64,000 nucleotides of DNA from Oculina patagonica (GCF_052425735.1 NC_135771.1:5022001-5086000), one strand, 5' to 3'. Shown: positions 11,707 to 25,300, numbered from the stretch's first letter. The notes: generated from the letters alone by a model not told the origin. Translations and numbers: made by a program.

Positions 11707-14674
11707 CTTTCATGAATGATCTTGTAATGTACATACATTGTGCCTGGCGCCTGTACATACATTGCGCTTGGTGAAGATAATTTATATTTGCAGTTGAGTA
11801 TTCTAAGCAGCTAATACGAGGATATTTAGTAGTCAAACAACATTAAGAAGTATTAAGAAGCACTAAAATTAAAATCATCGCCTGTCGCCAAAACATAAGC
11901 ACATGTAGAAACAGCTCAATACCATATACACCCTTGTGAATATTTTAAGGCCATTTCCTGATTGTTTCTTTACGTAGTTCCACAGGTATTTTAACTCTTT
12001 CATTTCTAAGAAGATAGTGGCCGAAGAAACACATGAAATTATTGCTCGATGGCTTTCATTTGGATTGGTCATACACTAAGGTATCGTCTTCTGGCTTTTA
12101 AGTTAGAACTAGATTAGTTCACTCAATTGAGATTTGAGTTTTAATCACTAGGAGTCAAACAGTTCTGTTCGTTTACCGACTTCCCAAGCGGAAGGAAGAA
12201 ATCAAACAACGATGGAGTCTAATTATTTCTGATTTTACAATATACCCACTGAATCGGAACCCACAGTATTTTACAATTTCTCTTAATTAGAACAAAGACA
12301 AACATATTTTAGAAACTCTGGAACTTCAGAATAGTCAGAAATGTTAATTTTTTTTATACATAAAGACTAACAAGGAAACTTCACAGTGAAAAGGTTAAGA
12401 GAGATTCTTTAAGGAATGAAGTCATTTACGTTCCATATTGGACCAGTTTTCGAGTACATAAATAACGTATTAACATATATCTGACGAATAACTCCATAAA
12501 AGTAGATGTTTTATGGAGCATGTGAATTTTTAAATTAGTTCGTTTGTATAAAGATATAAATATTTTTTCAGAGATTTCAATGAAGTAAACATATGACCTA
12601 TAAAAGAGAAAAGAAAAGGGGAGCAATACAGCTAGCTAGCTACAAGACAATTTTTATTTGTATATTATTAATCTAAAAGGAAAATTTACGGAAATATCAT
12701 GTAATATAGTCGAATGGTTTAACAAATGATACAAAATAAGTTGTACATAACAAGAATTGACTTGAGCATTATAAAGCATTGATTATTTGCAATTTCAGTG
12801 ATACAAGAAATCAATAAAATCGTGAACTTTCGCTCTTTCGTGCAGTTTGTGTGTTTATATTTTTCCTTGTTTCACCACAAAGACCACACGCGGGGGAAGT
12901 CGTTCTGAGCCAGTGAGCCTTGACCGTTCAAATCCATAGCTCAAAATCTGAATTCTCCTAAATGATTCCCATACATTTCTTTGAATGTTAGTTTAGGGAT
13001 TAAGTAGTACATCAATACAACCTCTCTTAGTTAACGATTTTTTTTATCTCATCTCCTGTCTGCTTGTTATGTTCCGATATTGCAAGAAGTAGTTCGATCG
13101 ATGTTGCATGATCATGTTGGATTTAAGGGGGTTTACTACTTCAAGGAACTGTATTGCTACGGACGTCATAACTGGGATGAAAATAATTAATGATATGTCA
13201 TTCGCTTTTGGTTCTTAAGTACAATGATTACCCATGAATCAAGATTCAAGAAAAATTATGTCGTTTGTTTTTTTTCTTGAAACAATATTTGATACTTTAC
13301 CTCCCAAGTGTCGTCGTTACCAGTCACGGTAGGTTTTTGTAGCTGTATTCTAAGACAACTCAGTTCAGCAGGATTTACTACAAAGCCTCCTGAAACGTTT
13401 ACAGCGACATTCAAGTTCTTCAGTCGCCCGAAGTTCGAGTTAGTTGCAATGGTTCACATAAGCTTTCGTGACATTCCAGTTCCTCTACGACTTACTAATA
13501 TTTCTTTTGAGTTAACATTTATTCCCAAATATAACCAAGTACCACACGAAAGCAATGTTTGCCAATTTTCACTTAATCAGAATGTTCGCATGCACTGTAG
13601 AGTTTAAATTTTATTGATCCGAAGAGTGAAGTTTGATCTAACTTGAACAGCATAATAAACAGTGCCTATGAGAGTTGCTACTCAAATGAGAGTATTTCTG
13701 CTCAATTATAGTCTTAATTAAAATGGTCACACTAGGGTTTTATCCGTAGTCGAAATAGTTTCTAGTTAGAAAGATTCGGAAAGTTTAGGATTATGCTATA
13801 ATCTCTTTGATTTCAAGGCTATTTCTTGTGCTCACTTATTCGTTTCCAATGAAGATAAATTGCTAGGTAAAATCTAACATGGCTAAGTAAAATCTAACAT
13901 AAGTATTTTAAAAATATCACTTAAAAAAGTTAAATATATTTATCCACTTTTGCTAGATAATTGCCTTGTCATAATTTATGCGTATGTATATACTAGCAAC
14001 CGTAACGACCGGAAAAGATTTTGGCAAAACGTTCGTTACTAGGTTGCCATTTAATAACTAATTTGTTTCCGCACTTGCTAAACTACAGACCTTTCGGAAA
14101 TATTTCACGATAATTTCCCTTAAATGAATGCACAATGCAGAATTTCCTTCAGTTCAGTTCGATGATATGATGAAGCTCTCTTGTTAGTGCTTGGTGCTTC
14201 ACACTCAACATTCAGTTGAGTTCATGTACTTCTCTGAAAAACGGGCACGCTATTGCAAGGCAAATATGCACCCAGTCGCGTATAAACACTTTCAAATCCT
14301 TCTACATTGTCAATATCTCCGCGGAAACTTCGCGGTTTTGTTGTTGTTGACTAGTTGTTATTCGTGCTATTTTCTAGACGTATCGAAAGCATCGTTATTT
14401 TCCCGCCGTTCCCACGAGTTTATGCATTGTCATGAAACGCCCGCATTTGTTGTGGTTATTGTCGTAGGGTTATTATAACTATAAATTGACCTACAACCGA
14501 TTATTGATTTCCGTTTTAGAATGGATGAGTAGATGTATGACGATATCTTCCGCCGACACTCCTCGATGCCTTACGTCATAACACGGCTGGTTGATCCAGT
14601 GTTGCGTGGGAATTGTTACTTATTATCAAAGTGGTACTTAACATTGTTGTTATTGTCACGCGAGAAGTAGATTA

Positions 14675-14930
14675 TGGAGGCGCGGTTGCCTTACGTTTGC
14701 TACGTTGAGATTTGTAATTGAGGCCAATGTACTTTGTACTTTGTCCTTGAGCAACACAATCTATTCTCATAAACATAGCCTTTCTTCAACCACTGCTGTA
14801 TGGAAGGGGTTAAAGAGACCAAATGTCCGTTATGGGGTAGGGCGCCCTTCGTAGGACTAGCGTCCTGTCTATGCCAGCGGAAGTGGCAATACTCCTACTG
14901 CTAGCTGCTTATTGCTACAGGAAGTAGTTA
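14675..14930 (+). mobile_element. Decayed tRNA-derived SINE, truncated or interrupted by the adjacent MITE
   Basis: Starts GGAGGCGCGGTTGCC and contains GTCCTTGAGCAA..., GGACTAGCGTCC...AATACTCCTA...TGCTACAG blocks that resemble a recalled cnidarian SINE consensus; a related fragment lies at ~60138-60170. Confidence 0.45.
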
Positions 14931-14937
14931 AACACTA

Positions 14938-15368
14938 CACTCTTTTCTTTTTTTAGAATATTGTTTTTCCGGCCCAGGCTGAATATTCTTATTTTTCTGT
15001 CGATTTCAGGCTAAAATATTCTTGTGAATATTCTTAGATTATAGCGTTGACAATTCCGTTTTAGATAAATTATTGTACTGGAGTAACAATTGCAAGTAAA
15101 TAACTTCTTATCGGAAATGTTTTTAGCATCAAACGTACAGCTAAGCTAATTTGTGGTTTATGCTGATTTTGTCATTTAGAGAAGAGAAGAATTTTAACGG
15201 TTTAGTTAAAAAATAGATAATTGTATTGTATTTACACATTTTAAACATAAAAAATTCTGTTCTTTTAAAAATCTCGGCCTCGTGTTTAATACAAAATATA
15301 TTCCTTAAATTTCGCAAATTTCAGCCTCGATATTCTTACAAAATTTATTCTTAAAGAAAAAAAGAGTG
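14938..15368. mobile_element. Tc1/mariner-like MITE (TA TSD)
   Basis: TA|CACTCTTTTCTTT...AAAGAAAAAAAGAGTG|TA. Confidence 0.8.
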
Positions 15369-17270
15369 TAGCCTGTTCAGGCTGGAGAATGTCAAAAAGC
15401 AATGCCAGATTCTGGACCTTGCGCCCCAACATGATAATGGGAACTGTCGCGAAAACTCTTGCGATGTATTTAGCATGTTCTAGGTGCCGGGGATGGGCTT
15501 AAAATAAGCGATCGAACGAAGTGAATCTAAAAGCAAGAGCCTGCTTTATTGCGCATGCTCCTCACAACCAGACAACCTGAAAGTGGACAGAACCTTATTA
15601 TCGTCAGAAAAACACCGCAGCCTAAGGCGATACCACGTAATGGCGCAGACCAGAAGCTCTGCTCTGCGGACGAAAGAATGCCTTTGGAGGCCTGAAACTG
15701 AATGGCATTTTATATCCGTACCTCATTTCTAACGTATGAAATAGAATAAAACATACCATAGTTCTCGTTCAGTCATTTAGCATTTTTAACTTGATGTTTT
15801 TTTAATGAAAAGTTGATTATACGCGCCAAAAGACATTTCGTATTTCGGTTCTCGTCCGTCGAAGCTTATAAGGCCACAGTCTAGTAATAAGCAGTACAAT
15901 TATGCACAATAGTGGTTAGCATGTTAAAATGCAACTTCGTAAGCCAGAACGAAAGCCTATTTCTTTTTTAATGTTTTACATGTAATCGTTAGACACTTCC
16001 TTTTTCTCGTTGGTAAAGAGATACAATTTATTTCGGAAATCATACATTCCCGGCATGCTTAATAAGTGTTAGAGGTTTGTATTTGGTTTTTAAGTGCTAT
16101 GAGGCCTCAGCCGAAAGCCTAGTCCAGTAATTAATTGTTGTCAACGATTTTTAATCAATGGTTCATGATATTACACGAGACAACTTTAACTCTGCATTGT
16201 TGCGGCAATGGTGTACTACGCGAGACGATTTTTAGAGCCTGGCCGTTTCAAATATTCTTACAACGATCATGTTGAAGGTTTTTGAAAGCATATTGATTCT
16301 TAATTCAACAAGTTTGTGTAAAAAAATGTCCTTAAAAATCGTCCCCTGTAATATCACCTTTAACTAAGTTACTGGATTGAAGAACAAACATTCGTAACTA
16401 CAAGTACCAGGAACACTTAAGAGTAATTGTGCCGGCCAACACTTGCAAATTTCTGCAATTACCAATGTTGAGAAATTTAATAATTAAAATAAGCGGACCA
16501 AAAATAATTACTACAAAGATATTAATTGATATGGCTTCAATATTGATCACCAAAAAGCGAATTACCAAAAATAAAAAAAGTGGTTAGTTCCTGGGAAGAA
16601 GTAGCAACAGACTTGTTTAAGGTTTGTAGCGTCAAAAACTACATTGCTATCAAAAAAGTTCGACATTATTTTCTTGGCGGTTAGTCTCCCAGGAACATAT
16701 ATATCGAGCGATAATTATTACAAAACAATTTCTTGGAAACGAGTCGAACGTAACGAGGGTCAACGAGCCCACACCGGTACCAGGAGATACCAGGTCGAAT
16801 TTGCAGAATCTTTAACAATAACACTACGCTAAAATTTCGCACATTTAACGATTTTAAAATCCGTATTTTACTGCCTGTTTGACAACAACACCACATTTCT
16901 CTTTGATTTTGTGAACAAAACACGTCGGCCTCAAGTAATACATTATTAATGAAAGCAAGGGGCTTTAACGCCGCCATCGGGCAAAATTTTTGCTGTCTTT
17001 TTTCAAAACTGAAATTTCTTCCACAAGATCGCCACATTTGTGTTAAATAATGTTGAAAGGCCATGTTACACTTAATTCAAACACAAAAACTGCGTTCAAA
17101 CCAAGATAATAAATACCTTTGCCTCATAGCCGCAGGTAACAACAGGTGGTAATTGAATAATCTCGCAACAAAAGGGCACTCATAACACGTGAAATAACGG
17201 AACCAAAACAGAAGCGCAGGTAGTCTAACTTCGTTTAGTTTCGTTCTGTGTTGCGTTGTTGTTGGAAAAC

Positions 17271-18083
17271 ATGGCGGAAGCACCCCCTGTTTACCCAAGT
17301 TTTAGCCAGCTGGCTTCAGGTGGGATTTCTTATCTGAAAGATAACCTAAAGAAGGTCGCACTTCCACTGCAAAACGCCGCCATAACTGGAGTCGTCTTGG
17401 GGTTAAAAGAATTTCTAAACAAGCTGGTCTTCAAGTGCCCTGAACGATACTACAAGTTATACAGCATGATGTTTATATTTGTTCCAGCTGTGCTGTTATT
17501 CTGCTTTGCGTTGATAATATCACGGTCGTTTTGGAAGATGATGGCGGGTTGTTGTCGCCTTCCCAGGAGTCGGTGGAGAGTTGTCTGGCAACGCTCTCGA
17601 AAATTCGTGTATCTGTGTAGCTTGCCCCCATTTGCGTGGCTTTTATTTGCGCTGTTTGACACTAAATATTACGTCTGCGCAAAACTTGGTTCGTTAGAGG
17701 TTCGTCTCAACAAAACAGCTCCTCTTGAGCAGCAAGCACTCTTAGCTGACTACGAATCAGCCAACACAGAATCGCAGATAATCGCGTTTCTTCTACTATC
17801 GGTCACTGTGCTTGTTTCAACGATGGTGATCTCCCTCGACCGATGCTGTTCAAGGGCGGAAACAGGTATCGGCGACGACCAAGAATATGTCCACTATCTG
17901 GCCGAAGAAGAAATCAAGTTGTTCAACTTGAAGTTAGAACCTCTGGCAAAAGAGCAAGCTAAGGCGCATGTGGACGCGCTGTTTGAGAAACACAAAGATA
18001 TTGGTGATGCTGCAGAGAGGATACGACAAATTTCAAAGGACATTGTAGGAGAGTTCCCTTGGGCGACGACCTATGAAGCCTAA
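17271..18083 (+). CDS. Calcium homeostasis modulator (CALHM/FAM26)-like channel, paralogue A (270 aa, intronless)
   Basis: Four hydrophobic segments with CALHM motifs VFKCP, FVPAVLLFCFA, PPFAWLLFALFDTKYYVCA and ESQIIAF, plus a C-terminal helix Y..EE...F....AKEQA. Start taken at AACATGGCG. Confidence 0.85.
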   Translation: MAEAPPVYPSFSQLASGGISYLKDNLKKVALPLQNAAITGVVLGLKEFLNKLVFKCPERYYKLYSMMFIFVPAVLLFCFALIISRSFWKMMAGCCRLPRSRWRVVWQRSRKFVYLCSLPPFAWLLFALFDTKYYVCAKLGSLEVRLNKTAPLEQQALLADYESANTESQIIAFLLLSVTVLVSTMVISLDRCCSRAETGIGDDQEYVHYLAEEEIKLFNLKLEPLAKEQAKAHVDALFEKHKDIGDAAERIRQISKDIVGEFPWATTYEA

Positions 18084-18118
18084 TATAGCATTGTTAGGGA
18101 GTCGTAAAATTTAATTAA

Positions 18119-18499
18119 AGGGACTGTGTCACGGATAATACCAGATTTTTGAACAGCCGGCCAAAATTTATATTTGTGTCGCATGAAACCTAGAAATAAT
18201 AGTCCATTTTTGTTAAAAATGGACTACTATGCTATATTAGAGCACTGAAACAGTTAACTAGCATTATTGGCTGCGGATGGAAACGGATTTCAATTTGAAA
18301 ACGTTAGGCAAACGTTTTCAAATTGTTTCCGCGCGTCTCCAAAAAATCTATACTTGTTGCCTTAGCTTGATTTCTATCCGCGTTTATTTTCCTTTAGATG
18401 TTCAAAGATATTGTTTTTTATGGGTTTAGTTGCCTTCCACTAATTTCAGAACAGTTTAGACCAAAAATCTGCGAATTCTCCGTGACATACGGTAGTCCC
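18119..18499. mobile_element. Kolobok-like MITE family B, just 3' of the CALHM-A stop
   Basis: TTAA|AGGGACTGTGTCACGG...CCGTGACA(TACGGT)AGTCCC|TTAA. Confidence 0.75.
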
Positions 18500-20179
18500 T
18501 TAAACTTTGTCAATGCTTTTGCTCAGACGAGTCAATTCTAATCTCCCCCCCCCCCCCCCCCCAAGTTGTGTGTATTTCTCCGCCATTTGTTATAAACAAT
18601 TCAGTTTGCCTTTCCTGTTCCGAGTGAATGAGGTAAAGGTAAATATAATACCGAAAATTTCCCCAGCAAAATGCCCCGGCCATCATTTTTCTCTCGAGCA
18701 CATTTTTCTTAAAAAAAAAAACCAACAAAAACAATAACACTTTGTTTCAGCACGGTCTCAACTTTCTTTACTTCTTCACAGGTCTCCCAAATTCATTGCG
18801 TGTAAACAGCGTAAATATAAGATTTTGTATGGGAATGTAAAGAAGGTATTGAGCAGCTAGAATGCGCAAAAGAACTGGAATACAATAAAAAAAACGCCTT
18901 CTCTTCCTTTCTCTGTGTAGTAATCGTGTTGCTGTGGTATTTTTGGCTTTTGAAGCTAGTTTAGCGAGATTTAGTTCCACTGTTTCAGTCCCCTATATAA
19001 CGTTACGGTCATCAACTGAAGGCACACATGTCCTTTTTACTACGTAAAACTCAAAATAAGACATGGACAACAGTTATTTGAAACAGGCTCTAGGGCTGTT
19101 TATGTATAAAAAGTCTCGCTTAGCAAAACGAGCGACGTAGCCCGGGATCTAAGACGGTCCGACGTCGCTCGCCCAAACTCCCTCCGCGACGCAGCCGCGA
19201 GAAGAATGGGGAAGAGAGTCGGGTCGGTGGTTCCCCAATCTTCCCAATCATTACTCGCTTATTTATTTTCGTAAGACTATTCAGTTAAAGCATCGAAGAA
19301 GCACGTATCAGAACTGAATCGTAATTATCACAAAAATATAAACGTTATCTAATTTAAATAGTGACTGACACTTGAAACCTAAAAGACACGACCTTGTTTT
19401 TAGATAGGACCTCCTTTCCTTGTCTCTTATTGTCCTCAGTTATTGCAGAACTTCAAACAGCATTAAATTCGATCGACTTTCAGAAATCAAAATCTAGAAA
19501 TTAAAACACTATTGATTTCTATATTTCTAGGCGATTCACTATTAATAAAAACACTAAAACAAGGAAACAGGACAAACGAATTTAAAACAAGACAAGATAT
19601 AACGCGTATAAGAAATTTTCTTGTCAACAAAAAACAAAAAAAAAACACTGAATCAGGCTAACAACCTCTTAATACAACGCCATACTAAAACAGTGGATAA
19701 TGAAAATTCATGGGAAAAAATTTCGATTTACGTTAAATAATGTGACGGAAAAAGCTTATTTCTGGCCAAGGAACGGAGAAAATATAAATCGACTCAAATT
19801 AGAAAATTACGCGCTGGAAAAAGATAACAATTACAATGCTTATGAAAATAGCCCCGCGGCAACAGATTAATAAAGTGTGTTTCCATTATTTGGCTAGTTT
19901 GTTTTTTCTGTGACTTGTGTAAACATACAGCGCTGTTTCATCTTCTAGAACTACTACAACTAAGCTTTCACGGGCCGCCGAAACTGAAAAGATACCTTTT
20001 TTGCCGGAAACTAAAACTTGCAACGGTTATTTCGTTTTGCTCGTTATTAAAATCCTCCGTGTATAAATTAACTTTCACTCCTGCGTAACTTCAATCGCCG
20101 AGACCTTTATTGGTTTATTTCTCAGTTCAAACTCAACTTTTCAAACGCCTTGTTTTGTCACAGTCCTTCGCTTCTCAAC

Positions 20180-21226
20180 ATGAACAACGTACTGCCAAGT
20201 TTAACAATGTTGTTTAGAAAATCTCGGCGATCTTTAGTATACGGTTCCATAGCGGCTTTAACAGTAGGCTTAGAAGGGCTTTTCGAGAGCATCGTGTTCA
20301 ACTGTCCGTGTGAGGGGCACTATGCCTACGGACTGGCTTTCCTGTGGGCGCCGGCTTTACTTCTGTTCCTCGCCGGATTCCTGGTTGATAGAGACTTATG
20401 GAGGCATCCAAGACGAGATCACGAGAAAGAAAAGAAAACGTTAGCCCGTCGCTATTTCAAAGCATTAATAGCGGCACTCGATGTTCTTATACGAGCAAGT
20501 ATCGCCCCAGTTGCCTGGTTGGTGTTGTCTTTTCTACAGCAACAGTACTACACATGCGCGTATTTCGGTCCTCCTCTTGACAGTGACGTCATCGTTTTCA
20601 ATACAACTCACGAATGTCATTTTAAACTTGGTTCTCGCACTAAGGCGCTTGAAGAAAGCTACAAAACCCGCAGTCAAATAGCGGGATGGTCTCTGATGCT
20701 GGTAGCTATGTCTGTTCTGTTCGCGTCGGTCTGCATTCGCCGATGTATTCAAAAAGGAAAGCATCTTCAAATACCAAGCCTTGAATACTACCATCATGTC
20801 GAAGCGAAAGCCGCTTTGGAACAATTCCACGCCACGGCGAAAGAGCAGGCAAAAGAAAAAGCTAAGAAGGAGATTATGTGTTTATTCGTCAATGCAGCAG
20901 ACAAAGATTTTATTTCTCGTATTCAAGACGTGGGGAAAGGAATTGAAAACAAGTATGGGCCGTTTTTAGAGATACCGCCAGAAAGTCCTTCCTACACCAC
21001 CCCTGTGAGTGCGACACGGGACCCTCCTCAGTTTTCTTCTCATCCCTCCATTGAAAGACCACTTCTTGTAAGCGGATCCGAAACGGACAGTCCAGATGCA
21101 CAGAGGTCAGTCTGTGTTACCAGCCCGCAATTTTCACCACAGATGTACTCAGCGCCTGGAAACCCCAGCGGCTTGGCAAGGGTTAGACTGTATCGACAAG
21201 AATCTTTCGACACGAGTCGAAAGTGA
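20180..21226 (+). CDS. CALHM/FAM26-like channel, paralogue B (348 aa, intronless, long Ser/Pro-rich tail)
   Basis: Motifs VFNCPC, YGLAFLWAPALLLFLAG, APVAWLVLSFLQQQYYTCA, RSQIAGWSL and Y...E....F...AKEQA. Confidence 0.88.
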   Translation: MNNVLPSLTMLFRKSRRSLVYGSIAALTVGLEGLFESIVFNCPCEGHYAYGLAFLWAPALLLFLAGFLVDRDLWRHPRRDHEKEKKTLARRYFKALIAALDVLIRASIAPVAWLVLSFLQQQYYTCAYFGPPLDSDVIVFNTTHECHFKLGSRTKALEESYKTRSQIAGWSLMLVAMSVLFASVCIRRCIQKGKHLQIPSLEYYHHVEAKAALEQFHATAKEQAKEKAKKEIMCLFVNAADKDFISRIQDVGKGIENKYGPFLEIPPESPSYTTPVSATRDPPQFSSHPSIERPLLVSGSETDSPDAQRSVCVTSPQFSPQMYSAPGNPSGLARVRLYRQESFDTSRK

Positions 21227-22372
21227 AACATATCGTCACCGAATATAATTTCCAACTTTTATCCTATTTATCCTCTGTGGTTAGTTACATTTGCCTTCAA
21301 ATGTCGCGGGGAATTATGTTAAGCAGTCCAATTGCGGAAAAAAAATTAATGTTAAGTTGTCCCGTAATCGCGCGGAATATCACCCGATACTTCGACGAGG
21401 GTGGGAGACGATATTCCACAAGATTGAGCGGGATAATTGTTTTGTTATTCAACAAATTTTCAACGACAACTATTTTACAGCTAAAAGCACTGCGTTAATG
21501 CAGTGCTTTGCACTTTTGGACGAATCCTGGTAAGCTAGGTATATGGCAAGATTTCTGTTATGTGCGGATGATGGATAATAATGACTCAGTCTATGACCAC
21601 ATATGGGCATCGTGACGATTTGTTGAATAACTATATGTTTGTTAGTCTTTCAGTATAGTACAAAGCTTTAGTGAGTGACTGTGTTTAGGTTTCCGTCTGT
21701 TTTAAAAGTAGTTTATATATAGAAAGTAAAACAGACGTGTCGAGTGTTTGTACATTATTTCTTCATACACTCTTTACATATAAAGAACCAACGTTTATGG
21801 CAAATTCATCTTAACGACGGTATTAACCGAAGCACTCTGCTGTATATATTTCAGTTCTCTGTGTAACTTAGTTGATTATTTTCTTTTCCCGTAATATAAT
21901 TAAACATTTCATAACTGCAATTTAAAACATCTGAATTTTCTTTCATTATCAAACCGATGGGTGTGTCTCACTATTTCATCTCCACCCACCTTGTGGGTAG
22001 AGCTGCCTTGTACAAATATTGTGAATGATTAATAGAAATCGTATTGTAAAGCTCATTTTTTGTGCGCGCAAGCGTAGGGTGTGGCTACTTTGTAAAATTG
22101 TAATAAAAAATACAATGTAACGTAATCCAACCATTAAAAAACATGCCCATGATGATTGGAAGTATCTTCGGGCTTAATCGTGTAGCGAAACAATGAGGAA
22201 CGACGAGACACATGCCATTATCGGGATGAGGTGCATAATTTAGATGCACAAGTTATGACAAAACCATAGTGTGTGACCATTTTTTAATTGTGGGCCAAAT
22301 TAAAAGACCAGACATTTAAATTGACCGTTGTTGCGTTCTTTCAATGAAGAAACTACGTTGTTGCTCCGATAA

Positions 22373-25300
22373 CTAAGATCCCTCAAACTCTCCGAGAATT
22401 TGTTCAGCTCTGGTACAATCCCATCCTTTTCCTTTGAAACTCTCCTTGACAATGTCTACAAACTTCTGAAGAAATCGCTTCCCATTTGATACTGAATTAA
22501 AGTTCTTCGCACTACTTTTATTCGCATCTCTTCCACATACATCTGTACCTGTCTCCTTTTCAATCAGCCAATGCCAGTAGCACAATTCACCAGCGTACAT
22601 TAGAGCAAGGAGATGAGTGTCGCTAAAGACACCTGGGGTTAAGAAAAAATATGGTTTTTATAAGTGCTGAAAAGTTATTTTTATTTTTCACTTGGCAGAT
22701 TTTAGTTATAACACTGACTTATGACGTCAACCTACCTGGCAAGCTCGGTGGGATCTGGGGGGAGGGGAGTGGACTCCCATATAAAAATTACAAGGATGCT
22801 CGCTGAACATTTCCAAAACAAAGGCTATTAAATAGGGTACCAGAATCCAATTCTTTGGTGTTATACAAAACCATTTTTACCCTAAAGAGGTACTATGTGC
22901 ATTTTTTTTTCATAAAAATTATGATTAAGAAAAGACAGCTGGAGAAGATCTTTTTCCAGTGTCAGAATGTACAGAGCCTGTCCAACATTCTACGGCAATT
23001 GAACAAAAACAGCACTTGTGACTGCAAGGTCAGCTAGAAGAAATGAAGGCTACTACAGTCAACTCTCTCTTAACGGACACCTCTATAAGACGGACACCTC
23101 CATAAGATGGACACCTGGTGTTGGTTCCATCCCTGCCGTTTTTCAGTCATTTTCCTGTACCTAAACTCCCTATAAGACGGACACCTCTCTAAGTCGGACA
23201 GTTGGAGCCGGTCCCAAAGGTGTCCGTTTTAGAGAGAGTTGACTGTATTCTCATTAAAAGGTCAAGCTATTTACAAGATATATGTTAACTGCAAATAATT
23301 AGGGAGTGTCACTGGCAGATTGAAAGAAAACAATAATTTACAGATCTATGTGGAAGAGATGCAGATATATAAAACTTATAGCATAGTAGGTACTTTACCT
23401 TCTCTTAGAAGATGCACCATGTCTGCATTTTTTGCCTCAACATTTTTCTGCATGTCCAACACAAGAGGTGAACGAACACACAACATCGACTCAAGGTATT
23501 TGAATCCTGACTCAGCACACTGTAGGGAAAAGGTAAACATAGGCCAGTAAGAGTAGCTTTTTAAGCCAGAATCCTGTCTCTACAGACCATACAGTTTAAG
23601 TTACCTAATATGATTATCCAGCTAATGTATGGCATACATGACTGTAACAAACGGCACCACAGTAAAACACTATACTCAGATATAGCTTTCGTTTGATTGC
23701 ACCTGGAAAGTACTGATTTACCACCACGTACAGTACCACACAAAGGACTGGTACATAGCGTTCATTTCAATTGTTATACATGAGTTTCATCCGACGACTT
23801 AGAAGTAAAAACCAACTTGTATAGCATAATAAACAGTACAACACGAAAATACTGCTCAATAGCTTTCATTTGAATGGTCACACACTAGGGTTTCATCCAC
23901 AGACTTAAATGTTAGAGCCACCTTGTACAGCATCCTGAACAGTGAAAGAATTGTTCAATACCATACCTGCATAAGGTGAACTGCATTGTGCTGCCTTCGC
24001 TGAGGATCGTTGAACAAAGTGTGGCAGTACATGTAAAACAGAGCTCCACGTCTCCATAACAGACATTCCATCACTTCTGAGCCTAGTACTTGTCCAGCCT
24101 ACAATGTAAAACAGAAACGTCCTTGAGTGAAAATGCAAATAAAAGGACTGTACAAATTTACCATGAGTTCATTTTCTTCATTGTCACTCTAAATTCCGGT
24201 TGGTCCAATAGTTGATTTAGGGCAGCTTATCACAACAATTTACTGGCACATTACATGTATTTCATTACAAAGAACAAGTTATAACACACCAGAAGTCATT
24301 TAAAGAAGAGAAAACGTTGCAACTACTCTCCCAGCCAGCCTTTCTGCTGCCAGCTTGGTTCATATAGTAATTTACATGTATATAATTTCAGTAGTAAAGC
24401 AGCTGCCATGCAAAAAATATAAGCTGCCTTGTAATTCTACTGGTCCTCTGGTGTAGCAGTTGCTATTGTTTTTGCGGCTAGGAGCATTGCTCTCGTTGTT
24501 TGTGCAGTACTGTTCTCTCAAAGGGTAGCAAGTCATTCACATGAGAACCTATGAGAGAAGCTACCAGTACCCACAATTTGTAACTACTTATAACTGCTTA
24601 CTTTGCTTTCTGAACCAAACATCTCGTTCACTATTTCTTCAGGCTGGTCAAGTCTTTCTTTAGTTTGTAAAAAAAAAAAAAACAGAAAGATTACATGTTA
24701 GTTTATTATTGTTTGGACAATAAACTCACAAGAACAATGTACATGTACATGGTACTCTATTCTTAAGCTATATTATTCTCTGATACAACACAAATATTGT
24801 TAAAACATTAAATATTTGTGTTGTATCAGAGAATAATAATATAATTTAAAAATACTTATAAGATTAAATTTAGAATTACAGTTAACAATAAATACAAGCG
24901 AAAATAATGAACGACGTTTCGGTGACATCCTGGCACCATTTTCAAGTTAAAATTCATATGCGAAAGAAAGTTATTTATACTAAGATAAAGGTGTGATAAT
25001 GAATAAATTAAGATAAAAATAAATGTTCAATGTTTATGTTCATTAATGAGAACAATGTCCGTTCAAGTCTAAACAAATACCTACACTCAGTCGGACTCAA
25101 TTCGCGCGAAGGTATTTGTTTAGACTTGAACGGACATTGTTCTCATTAATGAACATAAACATTGAACATTTATTTTTATCTTAATTTATTCATTATCACA
25201 CCTTTATCTTAGTATAAATAACTTTCTTTCGCATATGAATTTTAACTTGAAAATGGTGCCAGGATGTCACCGAAACATCGTTCATTATTTTCGCTTGTAT

